The notes under the pieces are model-generated. The model had not been told where the DNA came from. It searched no databases and worked only from the letters and a program-made list of their open reading frames with translations. The position numbers were made by a program, and so were the translations under genes. From the NCBI GenBank assembly GCA_038253135.1, contig JBBSHJ010000003.1:5323-69322 (forward strand): a stretch of 64,000 nucleotides of DNA, read 5' to 3'. This DNA is from Mycobacteriales bacterium. Lineage in GTDB: Bacteria; Actinomycetota; Actinomycetes; Mycobacteriales; QHCD01. Below, piece by piece: positions 44,480 through 56,832 of the stretch. Position 1 is the first letter of the stretch. The number at the start of each line of letters is the position of its first letter.

Positions 44480-45949
44480 ATGAGCGAGAATGCTGGGCCG
44501 AGGCCACGACCGGATGGCGCCCGGCCGGCCGGTGGCACACGGTCGCTGTCGTCGTCGGAGGCGGCGGCGTTGCTAACGCGATTGGTTGAGGCGGCGCCGA
44601 CTGATCTGCTGTCCGGGATCCTCGCTGTGCTCGCTGCGGTCGATCCGCCGCCAGATCAGGCGGCGCGGATCGATGTGATCACCGCCGCGGAGAAGCTCAA
44701 GGGCGCGGCGACCGCGGTGCAGGTCCGCGCCACCGTCGCATTCGCGAGCACCCAAGCCGACCGGGACCGGTCGCGGGGGGTCGATCCGGCAGCGACCTCG
44801 CGGGTCGTCGGAGCGCAGGTCGGACTGGCCCGCAGACAGTCCCCGACGTCGGGGTCGCGGTTCGTCGGCGCGGCACGAGCGTGGGCAACCGAAATGCCGC
44901 AGACAATGACGGCCCTGACAGCCGGCGCGACCGGTGAGCGGACCGCGACGACAATGGTCGCGGAGACTGCGGCACTCAGCCTGGCCGACCGGCAGGCCGT
45001 CGACGCCGAGATCGGTCCGCGGCTCGGCGAAATGTCGCATCGACGGGTGGGCGACGCCGCCCGGGCGGTCGCGGCCCGCCTGGACCCGGATGCGGTGATG
45101 CGCAAGATCGCAATGGCCGAGGCCGACCGGCACGTGTCGGTCCGGGCCGCGCCGGATGCGATGGTGTGGCTCTCGGCGCTGGTGCCGGTGGCGGCTGGGG
45201 TGGCCGCCTTCGCCGCGTTGCAGCGGGGCTGGACCAAGGCCAACCGCGCCGGCGATTCCCGCGGCCGCGGGCAATACCTCGCGGACCGGCTCATCGAGCT
45301 GCTCACCGGGCGGGCCGCCGGCAGCGACGTCGGTGTCGACATCGGGCTGGTGATGAACGAGACCACGCTGTTCGGTGGTGATCACACACCGGCACGGATC
45401 GAGGGGTACGGCCCGATTCCAGCCGAGTTGGCCCGCCGTCTGGCCAAAGGCACGTCGGGTCAAGCAGCACCGGGCGCGCGCGAGCGGCGCCGCGGCCGTT
45501 CCTGGATCCGCCGCTTTTATACGCACCCGAAATCCGGCGCGCTGGTCGGCATGGACAGCAAGGCCCGCTGCTTCACCGGCGCGCTCCGTGATCTGGTCAT
45601 CATCCGCGACCAGCGATGCCGCACACCATTCTGCGATGCCCCGATCCGCCACGCCGACCACCTCGTGCCCGCCCGCTGTGACGGCGTCACTGCCATCGGC
45701 AACGGGCAGGGCCTCTGCGAACGCTGCAACTACACCAAGGAACACCCCGACTGGCACACCACCCGCGCCGAAAACCCCAGCACCGGACACCACTCCAGCC
45801 GGATCACCACCCCCACCGGACACACCTATGACTCCACCGCGCCGCCCATCCTCGGCGAGGGCGCAGAACACGCCGATCCGTCCCGTATCAAGGCTCGTGC
45901 GACTCCACCACGGCGCGATACTGCGACCTCCGCAAGCCCGGCGGCGTAG
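44480..45949 (+). CDS. DUF222-domain HNH endonuclease (REP13E12-type)
   Basis: Last 489 codons of track ORF 44156..45949; start MSENAGPRP. C-terminal HNH block CRTPFCDAPIRHADHLVPARCDGVTAIGNGQGLCERCNYTKEH. Confidence 0.8.
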   Translation: MSENAGPRPRPDGARPAGGTRSLSSSEAAALLTRLVEAAPTDLLSGILAVLAAVDPPPDQAARIDVITAAEKLKGAATAVQVRATVAFASTQADRDRSRGVDPAATSRVVGAQVGLARRQSPTSGSRFVGAARAWATEMPQTMTALTAGATGERTATTMVAETAALSLADRQAVDAEIGPRLGEMSHRRVGDAARAVAARLDPDAVMRKIAMAEADRHVSVRAAPDAMVWLSALVPVAAGVAAFAALQRGWTKANRAGDSRGRGQYLADRLIELLTGRAAGSDVGVDIGLVMNETTLFGGDHTPARIEGYGPIPAELARRLAKGTSGQAAPGARERRRGRSWIRRFYTHPKSGALVGMDSKARCFTGALRDLVIIRDQRCRTPFCDAPIRHADHLVPARCDGVTAIGNGQGLCERCNYTKEHPDWHTTRAENPSTGHHSSRITTPTGHTYDSTAPPILGEGAEHADPSRIKARATPPRRDTATSASPAA

Positions 45950-46002
45950 ACGCCGGAGCTCTAGCCGCCGAGCACGTCGGCACACCGATGGCAGCGCCTG
46001 TC

Positions 46003-46533
46003 CTATTCGGACTCGCCGCGAGCGTCGTCGCGCTGCTGTGGCCGGTGGGTCATCCGCCAGCGCATGGGCACGGCGTACCACACCGTCACGCACACCGCGG
46101 CGACGCAACCGCCGATGACCGCGGCCGCGACCGCCCCTGCGACCACGTCGATGATCAGCGCGATCCCGCCGAGCACGGCGAGCAGCAGGAAGCCGAGACC
46201 GATCAGGGCGAGCCGGTTGGTCACGGCCACCAGCTCGCTCTTGCGGTGATGCCGAAAGACGATGCGGTGGATCGGCACCGGCGCGATCAGCAGGACCGCG
46301 GCGAGCGCGGCGGAGACCAGTGTCCCGAGATAGACGCCACGTTGAGCGGGGGACAGGGTGGTGAACCGTTGCTGGAACGCGATGCTCAGCAGGAAGGCGA
46401 AGAGGATCTGCACGCCGGCCTGAGCGACCCGCAGCTCCTGCAGCAGCTCGGAATAATTGCGGTCGATCCGCTCGGTCGGAGACTCGTTGGGACGGTCCTC
46501 GTCCCAGGGCTGCTCGTTCGGCGGCGGCGTCAC
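46003..46533 (-). CDS. DUF6328-family membrane protein
   Basis: 176-aa track ORF. N-terminal ESPTERIDRNYSELLQELRVAQAGVQILFAFLL followed by TM helices. Confidence 0.7.
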   Translation of the reverse strand: MTPPPNEQPWDEDRPNESPTERIDRNYSELLQELRVAQAGVQILFAFLLSIAFQQRFTTLSPAQRGVYLGTLVSAALAAVLLIAPVPIHRIVFRHHRKSELVAVTNRLALIGLGFLLLAVLGGIALIIDVVAGAVAAAVIGGCVAAVCVTVWYAVPMRWRMTHRPQQRDDARGESE

Positions 46534-46800
46534 CTGTTCATCCTGACGGCAATCGCGGTGGACGGCGTCGTGACCTGCCCATTACGATCCACGGCAATGC
46601 ATAACGCGCCGATATAGGTCCGATCTCGCGCGCACTTCCCGCCGCCGTGCTGGCGCCGGAGTGCGGTCGAGCATCAGGGACCAGGTCCGCCACGGGCCAG
46701 CCCTCCGACCGCCGCCTCGGGCCGCCGTCGGAGCCTCCGGCTGACCCACTCGTTCGTGCTGCCGATCGCCGTGGCGCACGCTGACAACGGAGACCTGCGC

Positions 46801-48664
46801 GTGTCCCCTCAGCCCACCTCCCTTGATCCGCACGCATCCGGCCGTCGCGACGCGCGCCGGACCGCGTTCCGGCTGCTGTTCCGGGCGTTCCCGCGGCGGA
46901 CCTCACTGCTCCTGCTGCTGGCCGTGCTGGCCGGCCTCATGCCGTCCGTCTTCGCCGCCCTCGTCGGCGTCCTGATCCATCTGGCACCGGATGCTGCCGG
47001 TCGGGGCTTCGGCTCACCGGCCGGCCACCAGCTCATCCTCACCCTGGTCGCGATCGGGCTCGTGCTCGTGCTGCAGGAGATCGTGTCCGGCGCCGAATCG
47101 CTGATGTCCATCGACATGTACCGACGGTTCGACGGCTACCTTTTCGGCCGGTTGATCGAGCTGACGACCCGCTGGGACGACCTCGACCTCTTCGACGACC
47201 CGGAGAAGGCGGCACAGGTCGATCGCGCCCGCCGCATCGCCGATTACGGGCCCGGCGAGTTCGTCAGCGGAATGCAGACGAAATATGCCAGCCGCGCGGG
47301 CGGGATCGCGTCGGCGATCCTGCTGGCCACGGTCGTGCCCTGGTACTACATTCTCGCGATCGTCCTTCCGTTGACGATCATCTGGGTCGCGTTGTCCTAC
47401 GCCCTGCAGGCCAGTCACTATCGCGCCGACCCGTTCTGGGCCAATCCGCTGCGCCGCGCGAACTACCTGCAGCGCATCGGACTCCTGCCCGAATGGGCGA
47501 AAGAGGTGCGGATCTTCGGTCTGGTCGGCTGGATCACCGACCGCTACAGCACCGAGTGGCGCCGCGTGATCGAGACGCTGCAAGAGTCCCGCCGCGCCGA
47601 CCGGGGCATGCTGCTGGCCTGGACCGCCGGGCTGCTGCTGGCGAATGCCGCCGCGTTGGCGCTGCTCGTGCGGTCCGCCTGGATCGGCGCGATGTCGGTC
47701 GCCGCACTCGCCGTCGCGGTCCAGGCGTTCCTGGGTCTCGCCGCCCTCGCCAGCCAGAACGGTGACGTCTGGATCGAGAACGGCGCGGCGGCGATGCCGG
47801 AGCTGGTGAAATACCAGGCTCTGATCGATTCGCGAGCCAGCGCACCGGCTCGTCGTACCGACGTTTCCGGCCCGCTGCCGCGTGATTCCCTCTCCTTCGA
47901 CGGGGTCGGTTTCACCTATCCCGGACGTGCCTCTGCGCTCTTCGAGTCCTTCGACCTGAGGATCGAGGCGGGTACGTCGCTGGCGATCGTGGGCCTGAAC
48001 GGCGCGGGCAAGACCACGCTGGCAAAACTGCTGACCGGGCTGTGCCGGCCCGATCACGGCCGGATCGCCGTGGACGGCGTCGATCTGGCCGATCTCGATA
48101 TGCATGTGTGGCGCCGCTCGGTGGCGGCGATCTTCCAGGACTTCACGCGCTACGAGCTCTCCGCGAGAGACAACATCGCTTTCGGGGCGGTCGATTCGCT
48201 CGGCCAACGCGGGCTGGACGACCGGCTGGTCAGCGCCGGCCGCGACGCCGGAGCGCGCGACGTACTCGAACGACTGCCACATGGGCTCGACACCGTCCTG
48301 TCTCGCCGCTTTCCCGGCGGGGTCGACCTTTCCGGCGGCCAGTGGCAGCGGATCGCCCTTGCCCGGGCATTGATGGCAACGGCCAACGGCGCGCGGGTCC
48401 TGGTGCTCGACGAGCCGACGGCGCACCTCGATGTCCGTGCGGAGGTGGATCTCTTCGACCGCTTTCTCGAGCTCACCCACGGGCTCACGACCGTGCTGAT
48501 CTCGCACCGATTCTCGACCGTACGGCGGGCCGACCGCATCGTCGTCCTCGAGCACGGACGGGTGATCGAGGACGGAAGTCACGACGAGTTGGTGGCCCAT
48601 AACGGCCGGTACGCCGCGATGTTCCGATTGCAGGCCGAGCGATACCGCCGCGCTGGCGACGTCG

Positions 48665-48672
<8 letters not shown>
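46801..48672 (+). CDS. ABC exporter, fused permease/ATPase (subunit 1 of a pair)
   Basis: Track ORF 46756..48672. Six-TM region, Walker A GLNGAGKTT, signature LSGGQWQRIALARAL, Walker B LVLDEPTAHLD. GTG at 46801 has GGAGA upstream; 46756 is an alternative start. Confidence 0.85.
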
Positions 48673-50479
<1,807 letters not shown>

Positions 50480-50513
50480 GCGATCGAGAGTGTGCGCGAC
50501 GGCACCAGCGCGC

Positions 50514-51203
50514 TTAGATCGTTCGCTGCTCATGGTCGGACTCGTTGGCGAGGTGCCAGATCGTCCGGTGCGCCGCCCAGTCCTGCCAGTGCGATGCAAG
50601 CTCGGGTGCGGCCAGGATGTGCGCGGCATCGACCCGGTCGCCGTAGTACATCGCCGTGACGTCACCGGCCGTGACCCTGTGCGGAGGGGCCGCGTCGACG
50701 ACGATCCGGTCGCCCGCCTGCAGGTGTCCTTCGCGGAGCACCCTCAGCAAGACGCCTGGACGGCGCGCGCGGGCGAACGCCCGGGGGAATGCCGCGTCAC
50801 CCATGCGCAGGCCCAGCTTCCAGCACGGCGTCCGCGGCTCGGTCACCTGCAGTATCGCCGTGCCCACCTGCCACCGCTCACCGATGACCGCCGCCCTCAG
50901 ATCCAGTCCTCTCGTGGTGAGGTTCTCGCCAAACGCGGCCGGCCCGAGCGCCCGGCCGAGCGAGGCGCTCCACCACTCGAGATCCTCCGACGCGTAGGCG
51001 TAGACCGCCTTGTCCGGACCGCCGTGGTTCTCCGGGTCGGACTGCTCGTCGCCCTCGAGATGCGTCGGCAGGACCGCGACCGGATGCGAGACCGGATGCT
51101 TGTCGATGCTCGAGCGCAGCTCCCGCCCGAGCCAGACGTAATCGCGGGGCAGGCCGACCTGCACCGAGACGATCTCGGGGTCGGCGGGGTCGCGTGAGGC
51201 CAT
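50514..51203 (-). CDS. MOSC-domain protein (YiiM-like)
   Basis: Last 229 codons of track ORF 50514..51500; start MASRDPADP with GAGGAG upstream. Blocks GENLTTRGLDL, ILQVTEPRTPCWKL and PGVLLRVLREG. Confidence 0.8.
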   Translation of the reverse strand: MASRDPADPEIVSVQVGLPRDYVWLGRELRSSIDKHPVSHPVAVLPTHLEGDEQSDPENHGGPDKAVYAYASEDLEWWSASLGRALGPAAFGENLTTRGLDLRAAVIGERWQVGTAILQVTEPRTPCWKLGLRMGDAAFPRAFARARRPGVLLRVLREGHLQAGDRIVVDAAPPHRVTAGDVTAMYYGDRVDAAHILAAPELASHWQDWAAHRTIWHLANESDHEQRTI

Positions 51204-51607
51204 CCGGCAATGCTCCTCGCTCGCGCAAGCAGGGTGCTGGCCGGAGCACCGTGCCCGAGTGACCTCGTGCGAACGAGGATCGAGACACTCCTTCCGGTGT
51301 CTCCGCGGTGCCGTACGGCGTCGTACCCGGCAAACCCGAAGGGATCCTCCATCTCGGCCTGCTGATCCCCGACCCGCTCCCGGGCCCGCCGCCACCACTC
51401 CCGACGGCATGCACCTGACGCGCAGGGCCACCGATCCGCCGACGATCGACGATCCGGCCATTGGTCTTTCCGGCGACGTGGTCGATCTCGTCAGGCGCAC
51501 CCTGCAGGCGACGGCTACGGCACAGCCCGGTGGGCGATGGCGTGCGACCTTCCCGCTCGACTAGTGTCGTTGATATCGGGACACCAGCGGAAGGAACGCT
51601 TTCCACG

Positions 51608-52645
51608 ATGGAATATCGCACTCTCGGTGGCTCCGGCGCGGCCGTTTCCAACCAGTGCCTCGGCACCATGACCTTCGGCTCGGAGAGCGACGAGGCGGTG
51701 TCGCACGACCAGCTCGACCGGTTCCTGGACGTCGGCGGCAACTTCGTCGACACCGCCAATGTGTATTCCGGCGGTGAGTCGGAGTCGATCATCGGTCGGT
51801 GGCTGGCGGCCCGCTCCGGCGCCCGCGACAACGTCGTACTGGCCACGAAGGGCCGTTTCCCGCAGGCCCCTGTCGGACAGAAACCGGACCGTAACGCCGT
51901 CGGCGGCTCCCGGATCAATCTGGCCCGCGCGCTCGATGCGAGCCTGCGGCGCCTGCAGGCCGACTATGTCGACCTCTACCAGGTGCACGCCTGGGATCCG
52001 CTCACGCCGATCGAGGAGACAGTGCGGTTCCTCGACGACGCGGTCAGCGCCGGCAAGATCCGCTACGCCGGTGTCAGCAACTACACCGGCTGGCAACTGC
52101 AGAAGGCGACGGACATCGCGCGGTTCCGCGGGTGGGCGCCGATCGTGACCCTGCAGCCGCAGTACAGCCTGCTGGTCCGGGACATCGAGCACGAGCTGGT
52201 CCCGGTGTGCGAGAACGAGAACATCGGCATGCTGCCGTGGTCACCGCTCGGCGGCGGCTGGCTGACCGGCAAGTACAAGCGCGACCAGGCCCCGACCGGC
52301 CCGACGCGGCTGGGGGAGGATCCCGAGCGGGGCATGGAGGCGTACGCCGCCCGCAACGCCGAGGAGCGCACCTGGCAGATCATCGACGCGGTGCAGACAA
52401 TCGCGGAGAAGCGCGATGTCTCCATGGCCCAGGTGGCGCTTTCGTGGATCACCGACCGCCCGGCCGTGACGTCCACGATTCTCGGCGCACGTACCGTGGC
52501 GCAGTTGAACGACAATCTCCGCGCGGCGGACCTGCATCTCGACGAGACCGAGACCCAGACCCTCGACGAGGTCAGCGCCCCGATCGTCGGTGACTACCCT
52601 TACGGGGAGGGCGGCGTCAACCAGCGAGCTCGCGCGATCGCCTGA
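51608..52645 (+). CDS. aldo/keto reductase
   Basis: Last 345 codons of track ORF 51461..52645; start [10 protein letters not shown]. Blocks [32 protein letters not shown] and QPQYSLL. Confidence 0.9.
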   Translation: MEYRTLGGSGAAVSNQCLGTMTFGSESDEAVSHDQLDRFLDVGGNFVDTANVYSGGESESIIGRWLAARSGARDNVVLATKGRFPQAPVGQKPDRNAVGGSRINLARALDASLRRLQADYVDLYQVHAWDPLTPIEETVRFLDDAVSAGKIRYAGVSNYTGWQLQKATDIARFRGWAPIVTLQPQYSLLVRDIEHELVPVCENENIGMLPWSPLGGGWLTGKYKRDQAPTGPTRLGEDPERGMEAYAARNAEERTWQIIDAVQTIAEKRDVSMAQVALSWITDRPAVTSTILGARTVAQLNDNLRAADLHLDETETQTLDEVSAPIVGDYPYGEGGVNQRARAIA

Positions 52646-52661
52646 CCGGCACACAGCCTCA

Positions 52662-52705
52662 CTTTTGGCGGGTCTGCGTCGAATACGACGTCAGTCCGCC
52701 AAAAG
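52662..52705. terminator. nested hairpin after the aldo/keto reductase gene
   Basis: CTTTTGGCGG...CCGCCAAAAG forms a 10-bp outer stem enclosing a CGTCG-AATA-CGACG inner stem. It lies 17 nt after the stop at 52645. Confidence 0.45.
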
Positions 52706-52708
52706 GGG

Positions 52709-52747
52709 GCCGGGGCAAGCGGGCGGGGGCCGGGCAAGCGGGCGGGG
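52709..52747 (+). repeat. G-rich direct repeat (2 x ~19 nt) upstream of sthA
   Basis: GCCGGGGCAAGCGGGCGGG followed by GCCGGGCAAGCGGGCGGGG, embedded in further G-runs through about 52760. Confidence 0.6.
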
Positions 52748-52844
52748 CAGGGGGCTGGGCCGCAGCGTGACCCTTGCGCCGTCCCGTTCGAGGCGCGACC
52801 CTCTGACAGAGACCCGGCAGCAACGGTGCACAGCGGAGGCGGCA

Positions 52845-54254
52845 GTGAGCACGGACTACGACCTGCTCGTGCTCGGCTCCGGGCCCGGTGGGCAGAAGGC
52901 CGCGATCGCGGGAGCGAAGCTGGGCCGGCGTACCGCCATCGTCGAGCGCAAGACGATGATCGGCGGCGTCTGCATCAATACCGGCACCATCCCGTCCAAG
53001 ACGCTGCGCGAAGCGGTCGTCTACCTGACCGGTCGCAACCAGCAGGAGTTCTACGGCAGCAGTTACCGGCTCAAGGAAGACATCACCGTCGGCGATCTCA
53101 CCGCGCGGACGCAGCATGTGATCGGCCGCGAGATCGACATCACCCGCAGCCAGCTGGCCCGCAACCACGTCACGATGCTCGCCGGTCTTGGCCGGTTCGT
53201 CGATCCGCACACCGTCGTCATCGTGGCCGACGGCGGGGAGGAGCGCCCGGTCAGCGCGGACAAGATCGTGATCGCGGTCGGGACCCGGCCGGCCCGGCCG
53301 ACGACCGTCGATTTCGATGGCCGCACCGTGGTCGACTCCGACCAGATCCTCGGCATGGACCGGATCCCGACCTCGATGGTCGTCGTCGGCGCCGGCGTCA
53401 TCGGTATCGAATACGCGTCCATGTTCGCCTCGCTCGGTACGAAGGTCACGGTCGTGGAGCGCCGCGAGCGGATGCTCGATGTCTGCGACCTCGAGGTGGT
53501 CGAGGCACTGAAATACCAGCTGCGCGATCTGGCGGTCACCTTCCGGTTCCGCGAGAGCGTGACGCGGGTCGAGCGGCACAAGGGCGGCACCCTCACCATC
53601 CTCGAGAGCGGCAAGCGGATCCCGGCCGACACCGTGATGTATTCCGCCGGCCGCCAGGGCATGACCGCCGGCCTCGATCTGGAGGCCGCCGGCCTCTCGG
53701 CCGATGACCGCGGCCGCATCGAGGTCGACGACAATTACCTGACCAAGGCCGATCACATCTACGCGGTCGGTGATGTCATCGGCTTCCCGGCGCTGGCGGC
53801 GACCTCGATGGAGCAGGGCCGGCGCGCGGCGTACCACGCCTGCGGCGAGCCCATCGCCGGCCGGCTCTCGGAGCTGCAGCCGATCGGGATCTACACCATT
53901 CCCGAGATCAGCTATGTCGGCCGTACCGAGGACGAGCTGACGGAGGAGTCGGTGCCGTTCGAGGTCGGCGTTTCCCGCTACCGCGAGCTCGCTCGCGGAG
54001 CGATCCTCGGCGACTCGTACGGCATGCTGAAGCTCCTGGTGCACAGCGAGACCCGCAAGCTGCTCGGCGTACACGTCTTCGGCACCAACGCCACCGAGCT
54101 GGTTCACATCGGCCAGACCGTGATGGGTTGCGGCGGGACCGTCGACTACCTCGTCGACGCCGTCTTCAACTACCCGACGCTGGCCGAGTCCTACAAGGTG
54201 GCCGCGCTGGATGCGATGAACAAGATGCGAGCGGTCGCGCGCCTCGACATCTAA
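52845..54254 (+). CDS. sthA: soluble pyridine nucleotide transhydrogenase (Si-specific)
   Basis: Last 469 codons of track ORF 52590..54254. GTG start with GGAGG 5 nt upstream. [23 protein letters not shown]...[24 protein letters not shown] matches the mycobacterial SthA N-terminus as I recall it. Second Rossmann [14 protein letters not shown]. Confidence 0.85.
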   Translation: MSTDYDLLVLGSGPGGQKAAIAGAKLGRRTAIVERKTMIGGVCINTGTIPSKTLREAVVYLTGRNQQEFYGSSYRLKEDITVGDLTARTQHVIGREIDITRSQLARNHVTMLAGLGRFVDPHTVVIVADGGEERPVSADKIVIAVGTRPARPTTVDFDGRTVVDSDQILGMDRIPTSMVVVGAGVIGIEYASMFASLGTKVTVVERRERMLDVCDLEVVEALKYQLRDLAVTFRFRESVTRVERHKGGTLTILESGKRIPADTVMYSAGRQGMTAGLDLEAAGLSADDRGRIEVDDNYLTKADHIYAVGDVIGFPALAATSMEQGRRAAYHACGEPIAGRLSELQPIGIYTIPEISYVGRTEDELTEESVPFEVGVSRYRELARGAILGDSYGMLKLLVHSETRKLLGVHVFGTNATELVHIGQTVMGCGGTVDYLVDAVFNYPTLAESYKVAALDAMNKMRAVARLDI

Positions 54255-54281
54255 CCCGCCCGATGCGGCCACCATGGGCGC

Positions 54282-54842
54282 ATGTGGCATCAGATCTTCA
54301 CCCTCGGTGAATCGCCGATCGCCAAGATCCTGCGGGCGCTGCTGATCTACGCCTTCCTGGTGGTCGCGCTGCGGGTCGCCGGCAAGCGCGATCTCGCGCA
54401 GCTCAACTCGTTCGACTTCGTCGTACTTCTGGCCGTCGCCAACGCCGTGCAGAACGGGCTGATCGGCAACGACAACTCGGTCACCGGCGCCGTCCTCGGT
54501 GCGACCGTCCTGTTCCTCGTCAACGGCGTGCTGGCCTACCTGCTGTACCGCAGCGGCTGGCTGCAGCGCACGCTCGAGGGCACGCCGACGGTGCTCGTCC
54601 GGGCGGGAGTCGTCGACCGGCACGCGATGCAGCGCGAGCGCATCACCGAGGCCGAGCTTCTGACCAAGGTCCAGGAGGCGGGGACCGCGGGATTTCGCGA
54701 CGTCGAGTCGGCCGCCCTCGAGCCCAACGGCACGATCGTCGTCGTACCGCATCAACCCGACCCTGCGGAACAGCGCTACACCGACCTGACCCGGCGGATC
54801 GACGAGCTCACCGCTCTGGTCCGCGCGCAGCGCCCGCGTTAG
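54282..54842 (+). CDS. DUF421 (YetF-like) membrane protein
   Basis: 186-aa track ORF. N-terminal TM helices with RVAGKRDLAQLNSFDFVVLLAVANAVQN and a soluble C-terminal domain. Confidence 0.8.
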   Translation: MWHQIFTLGESPIAKILRALLIYAFLVVALRVAGKRDLAQLNSFDFVVLLAVANAVQNGLIGNDNSVTGAVLGATVLFLVNGVLAYLLYRSGWLQRTLEGTPTVLVRAGVVDRHAMQRERITEAELLTKVQEAGTAGFRDVESAALEPNGTIVVVPHQPDPAEQRYTDLTRRIDELTALVRAQRPR

Positions 54843-55503
54843 CGCGCCGAGCCGGGGGGCGGTGCACCAGCGCATCCCGTACGCCGTCCACAGCCGCCGC
54901 CACGACGATCACGGTGGCCGTGGAGAACCCGAGGGCGCCGATCACATCGGTGGCCCAGTGCATCCGCAGTCCGGTCACCAGCACCCCGACCGCCAGCGGC
55001 CACAGCACGAGGATCGTCATCAGCCACCACGGCCGCCATCGCCGCCGGACCAGGCATAGGCCGAGGCCCATCGCCACGGTGGCCGAGGCCGTCGTGTGAC
55101 CGCTCGGATAGTGCGGCAGCCAGCCGACGGAGTTCTCGGTGACGGGTTTGAGCACGAAGCGCACGAGCACGCTGGCCAGCGCGGGCGCGACCGCGAGCAG
55201 CACCGCTTCGGCCCGCCGCCCGCGCATCCACCAGGCCCCGACCACCGCGACGGCCACGAGGATCGGGATCACCACACCGACGGCATCGGCCACCACCACC
55301 ATCACGGAGCGGTGCCAGCGCGCGATCGGCTCGAGTTGGCGCCACACCAGCCGGTTGATCCCTACGGTGCCTTGCGCGCGGGAGTTGCGCACGCCAAGCC
55401 ACGCCGTGAGCGCCGCAGCGCTCAGGGCGAGGACGGCAGCGGCCGCCCGCGCGGACGGCGCGAGCAGGCAACGATGCGGACGTCCGCGGTCGACGTCATC
55501 CAC
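54808..55503 (-). CDS. PAP2-family phosphatase
   Basis: 231-aa track ORF. Motifs LKPVTE, YPSGHTT and MHWATDV, with multiple TM helices. The start codon choice is uncertain. Confidence 0.75.
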   Translation of the reverse strand: MDDVDRGRPHRCLLAPSARAAAAVLALSAAALTAWLGVRNSRAQGTVGINRLVWRQLEPIARWHRSVMVVVADAVGVVIPILVAVAVVGAWWMRGRRAEAVLLAVAPALASVLVRFVLKPVTENSVGWLPHYPSGHTTASATVAMGLGLCLVRRRWRPWWLMTILVLWPLAVGVLVTGLRMHWATDVIGALGFSTATVIVVAAAVDGVRDALVHRPPARRANAGAARGPER

Positions 55504-55516
55504 GAGGGCGATCCCG

Positions 55517-56101
55517 CTAGCCGGCAGGACCCGGCGACAGCCCGCTGATCACCTTGGCCATGCCCGGATCGAATTCGGCGAAATGCGCCACCAGCTTGTC
55601 GCTGATGCGCTGCAACGCGCCGAGGTCGCCGGCGTCGAGCAGGTCGAACAGATGCCGGCGCACGCCCTCGACGTGCCGGCCGGCGGCCGTCTCGAGGACC
55701 GACAGGCCTTCGTCGGTCAGGACGGCGAACGAGCCGCGCCGATCGTCCGGGCACGGCTCGCGCCCGATCCAGCCGGCATCCTCGAGCCGCGAGACCGCGT
55801 GCGAGAGCCGGCTCCGCGAGGACAGCGACCGCTCAGCGAGGTCACTCATCCGCAGCCGGCGCGCCGGCGACTCGGACAGGGCGACGAGGATCTCGTAGTA
55901 CGCATGCGGTACGCCGGCATCATGCTGCAACTCGCGGTCGATGCAGGCCAGGAAGACGGTGCTCGCGGCGTAGAACGCGCGCCAGGTGCGCTGTTCATCC
56001 GGTGTGAGCCATCGTGGCTCGGCCGCTCCGCCGACGGCCGGAGTCTCCGAGGCGCCGGTCGGACCGTCGCCGATCTGATCGGTCGCGTCCGGGGCGGTCA
56101 T
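55517..56101 (-). CDS. MarR-family transcriptional regulator
   Basis: Track ORF 55517..56143. Winged HTH LRMSDLAERSLSSRSRLSHAVSRLEDAGWIGREPCPDDRRGSFAVLTDEG. The start is at 56101 or 56143. Confidence 0.85.
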   Translation of the reverse strand: MTAPDATDQIGDGPTGASETPAVGGAAEPRWLTPDEQRTWRAFYAASTVFLACIDRELQHDAGVPHAYYEILVALSESPARRLRMSDLAERSLSSRSRLSHAVSRLEDAGWIGREPCPDDRRGSFAVLTDEGLSVLETAAGRHVEGVRRHLFDLLDAGDLGALQRISDKLVAHFAEFDPGMAKVISGLSPGPAG

Positions 56102-56225
56102 CCAACCTCCGAGAGATGCGAGCGCAGTTGAACTCTTGATCAAGTGGAATGATCTCGATCCGATGAACCTTCCTCAGTCTAGACGTGACGCAGGTCCCGA
56201 TGACCGGCAGCGAGGGAGACGACAG

Positions 56226-56795
56226 ATGAGCACGCAGACAGTTTCGATCCCGGGTTATGTCGTGGGGACGTGGCAGATCGACCCGGTCCACTCCCAGGTG
56301 GGCTTCGCCGCCCGCCACATGATGGTCAGCAAGGTGCGTGGGCACTTCGCGACGTTCTCCGGCACGATCGTGACCGCGGAGGACCCCGCGCAGTCGACGG
56401 TGAGCGCCTCGGTCGACCTCGATTCCATCACCACCGGCGCCCAGCAGCGCGACGACCACCTGCGCTCCGCCGACTTCTTCGAGGTCGCGACGTACCCCGA
56501 GATGACCTTCCGCTCCGAGCACTTGCGTCCCTCTGACGACGGGTTCGTGCTCGAGGGCGAGTTGACGCTCAAGGGCGTCACCAAGCCGTTGTCGCTCGCC
56601 GCCGAGATCAACGGCTTCGGGCCGGACGCGTTCGGCGGCACCCGCTGCGGTTTCACGGCCACCGGTGAGATCAACCGCCGCGACTTCAACGTCAACTTCG
56701 GCGGCGTGCAGAACGGAGTGGTCGTCGTGGGCGACAAGATCACGATCACCCTCGAGGTCGAGGCCGTTCTCGACACCGCCGACGCGCCGGCCTGA
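56226..56795 (+). CDS. YceI-family periplasmic/lipid-binding protein
   Basis: Last 189 codons of track ORF 56136..56795; start MSTQTVSIPG. Blocks WQIDPVHSQVGFAARHMMVSKVRGHF, RDDHLRSADFF and GELTLKGVTKP. It is divergent from the MarR gene. Confidence 0.85.
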   Translation: MSTQTVSIPGYVVGTWQIDPVHSQVGFAARHMMVSKVRGHFATFSGTIVTAEDPAQSTVSASVDLDSITTGAQQRDDHLRSADFFEVATYPEMTFRSEHLRPSDDGFVLEGELTLKGVTKPLSLAAEINGFGPDAFGGTRCGFTATGEINRRDFNVNFGGVQNGVVVVGDKITITLEVEAVLDTADAPA

Positions 56796-56832
56796 GCCTC
56801 GTCCAGCAACCGACACCGGCCATCGCGCACGG

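Noticed and set aside
51204-51300. Molybdenum-cofactor riboswitch upstream of the MOSC gene.
   Set aside because: The hairpins are present, but I cannot find the conserved Moco-motif core. This is left as unexplained structure only.
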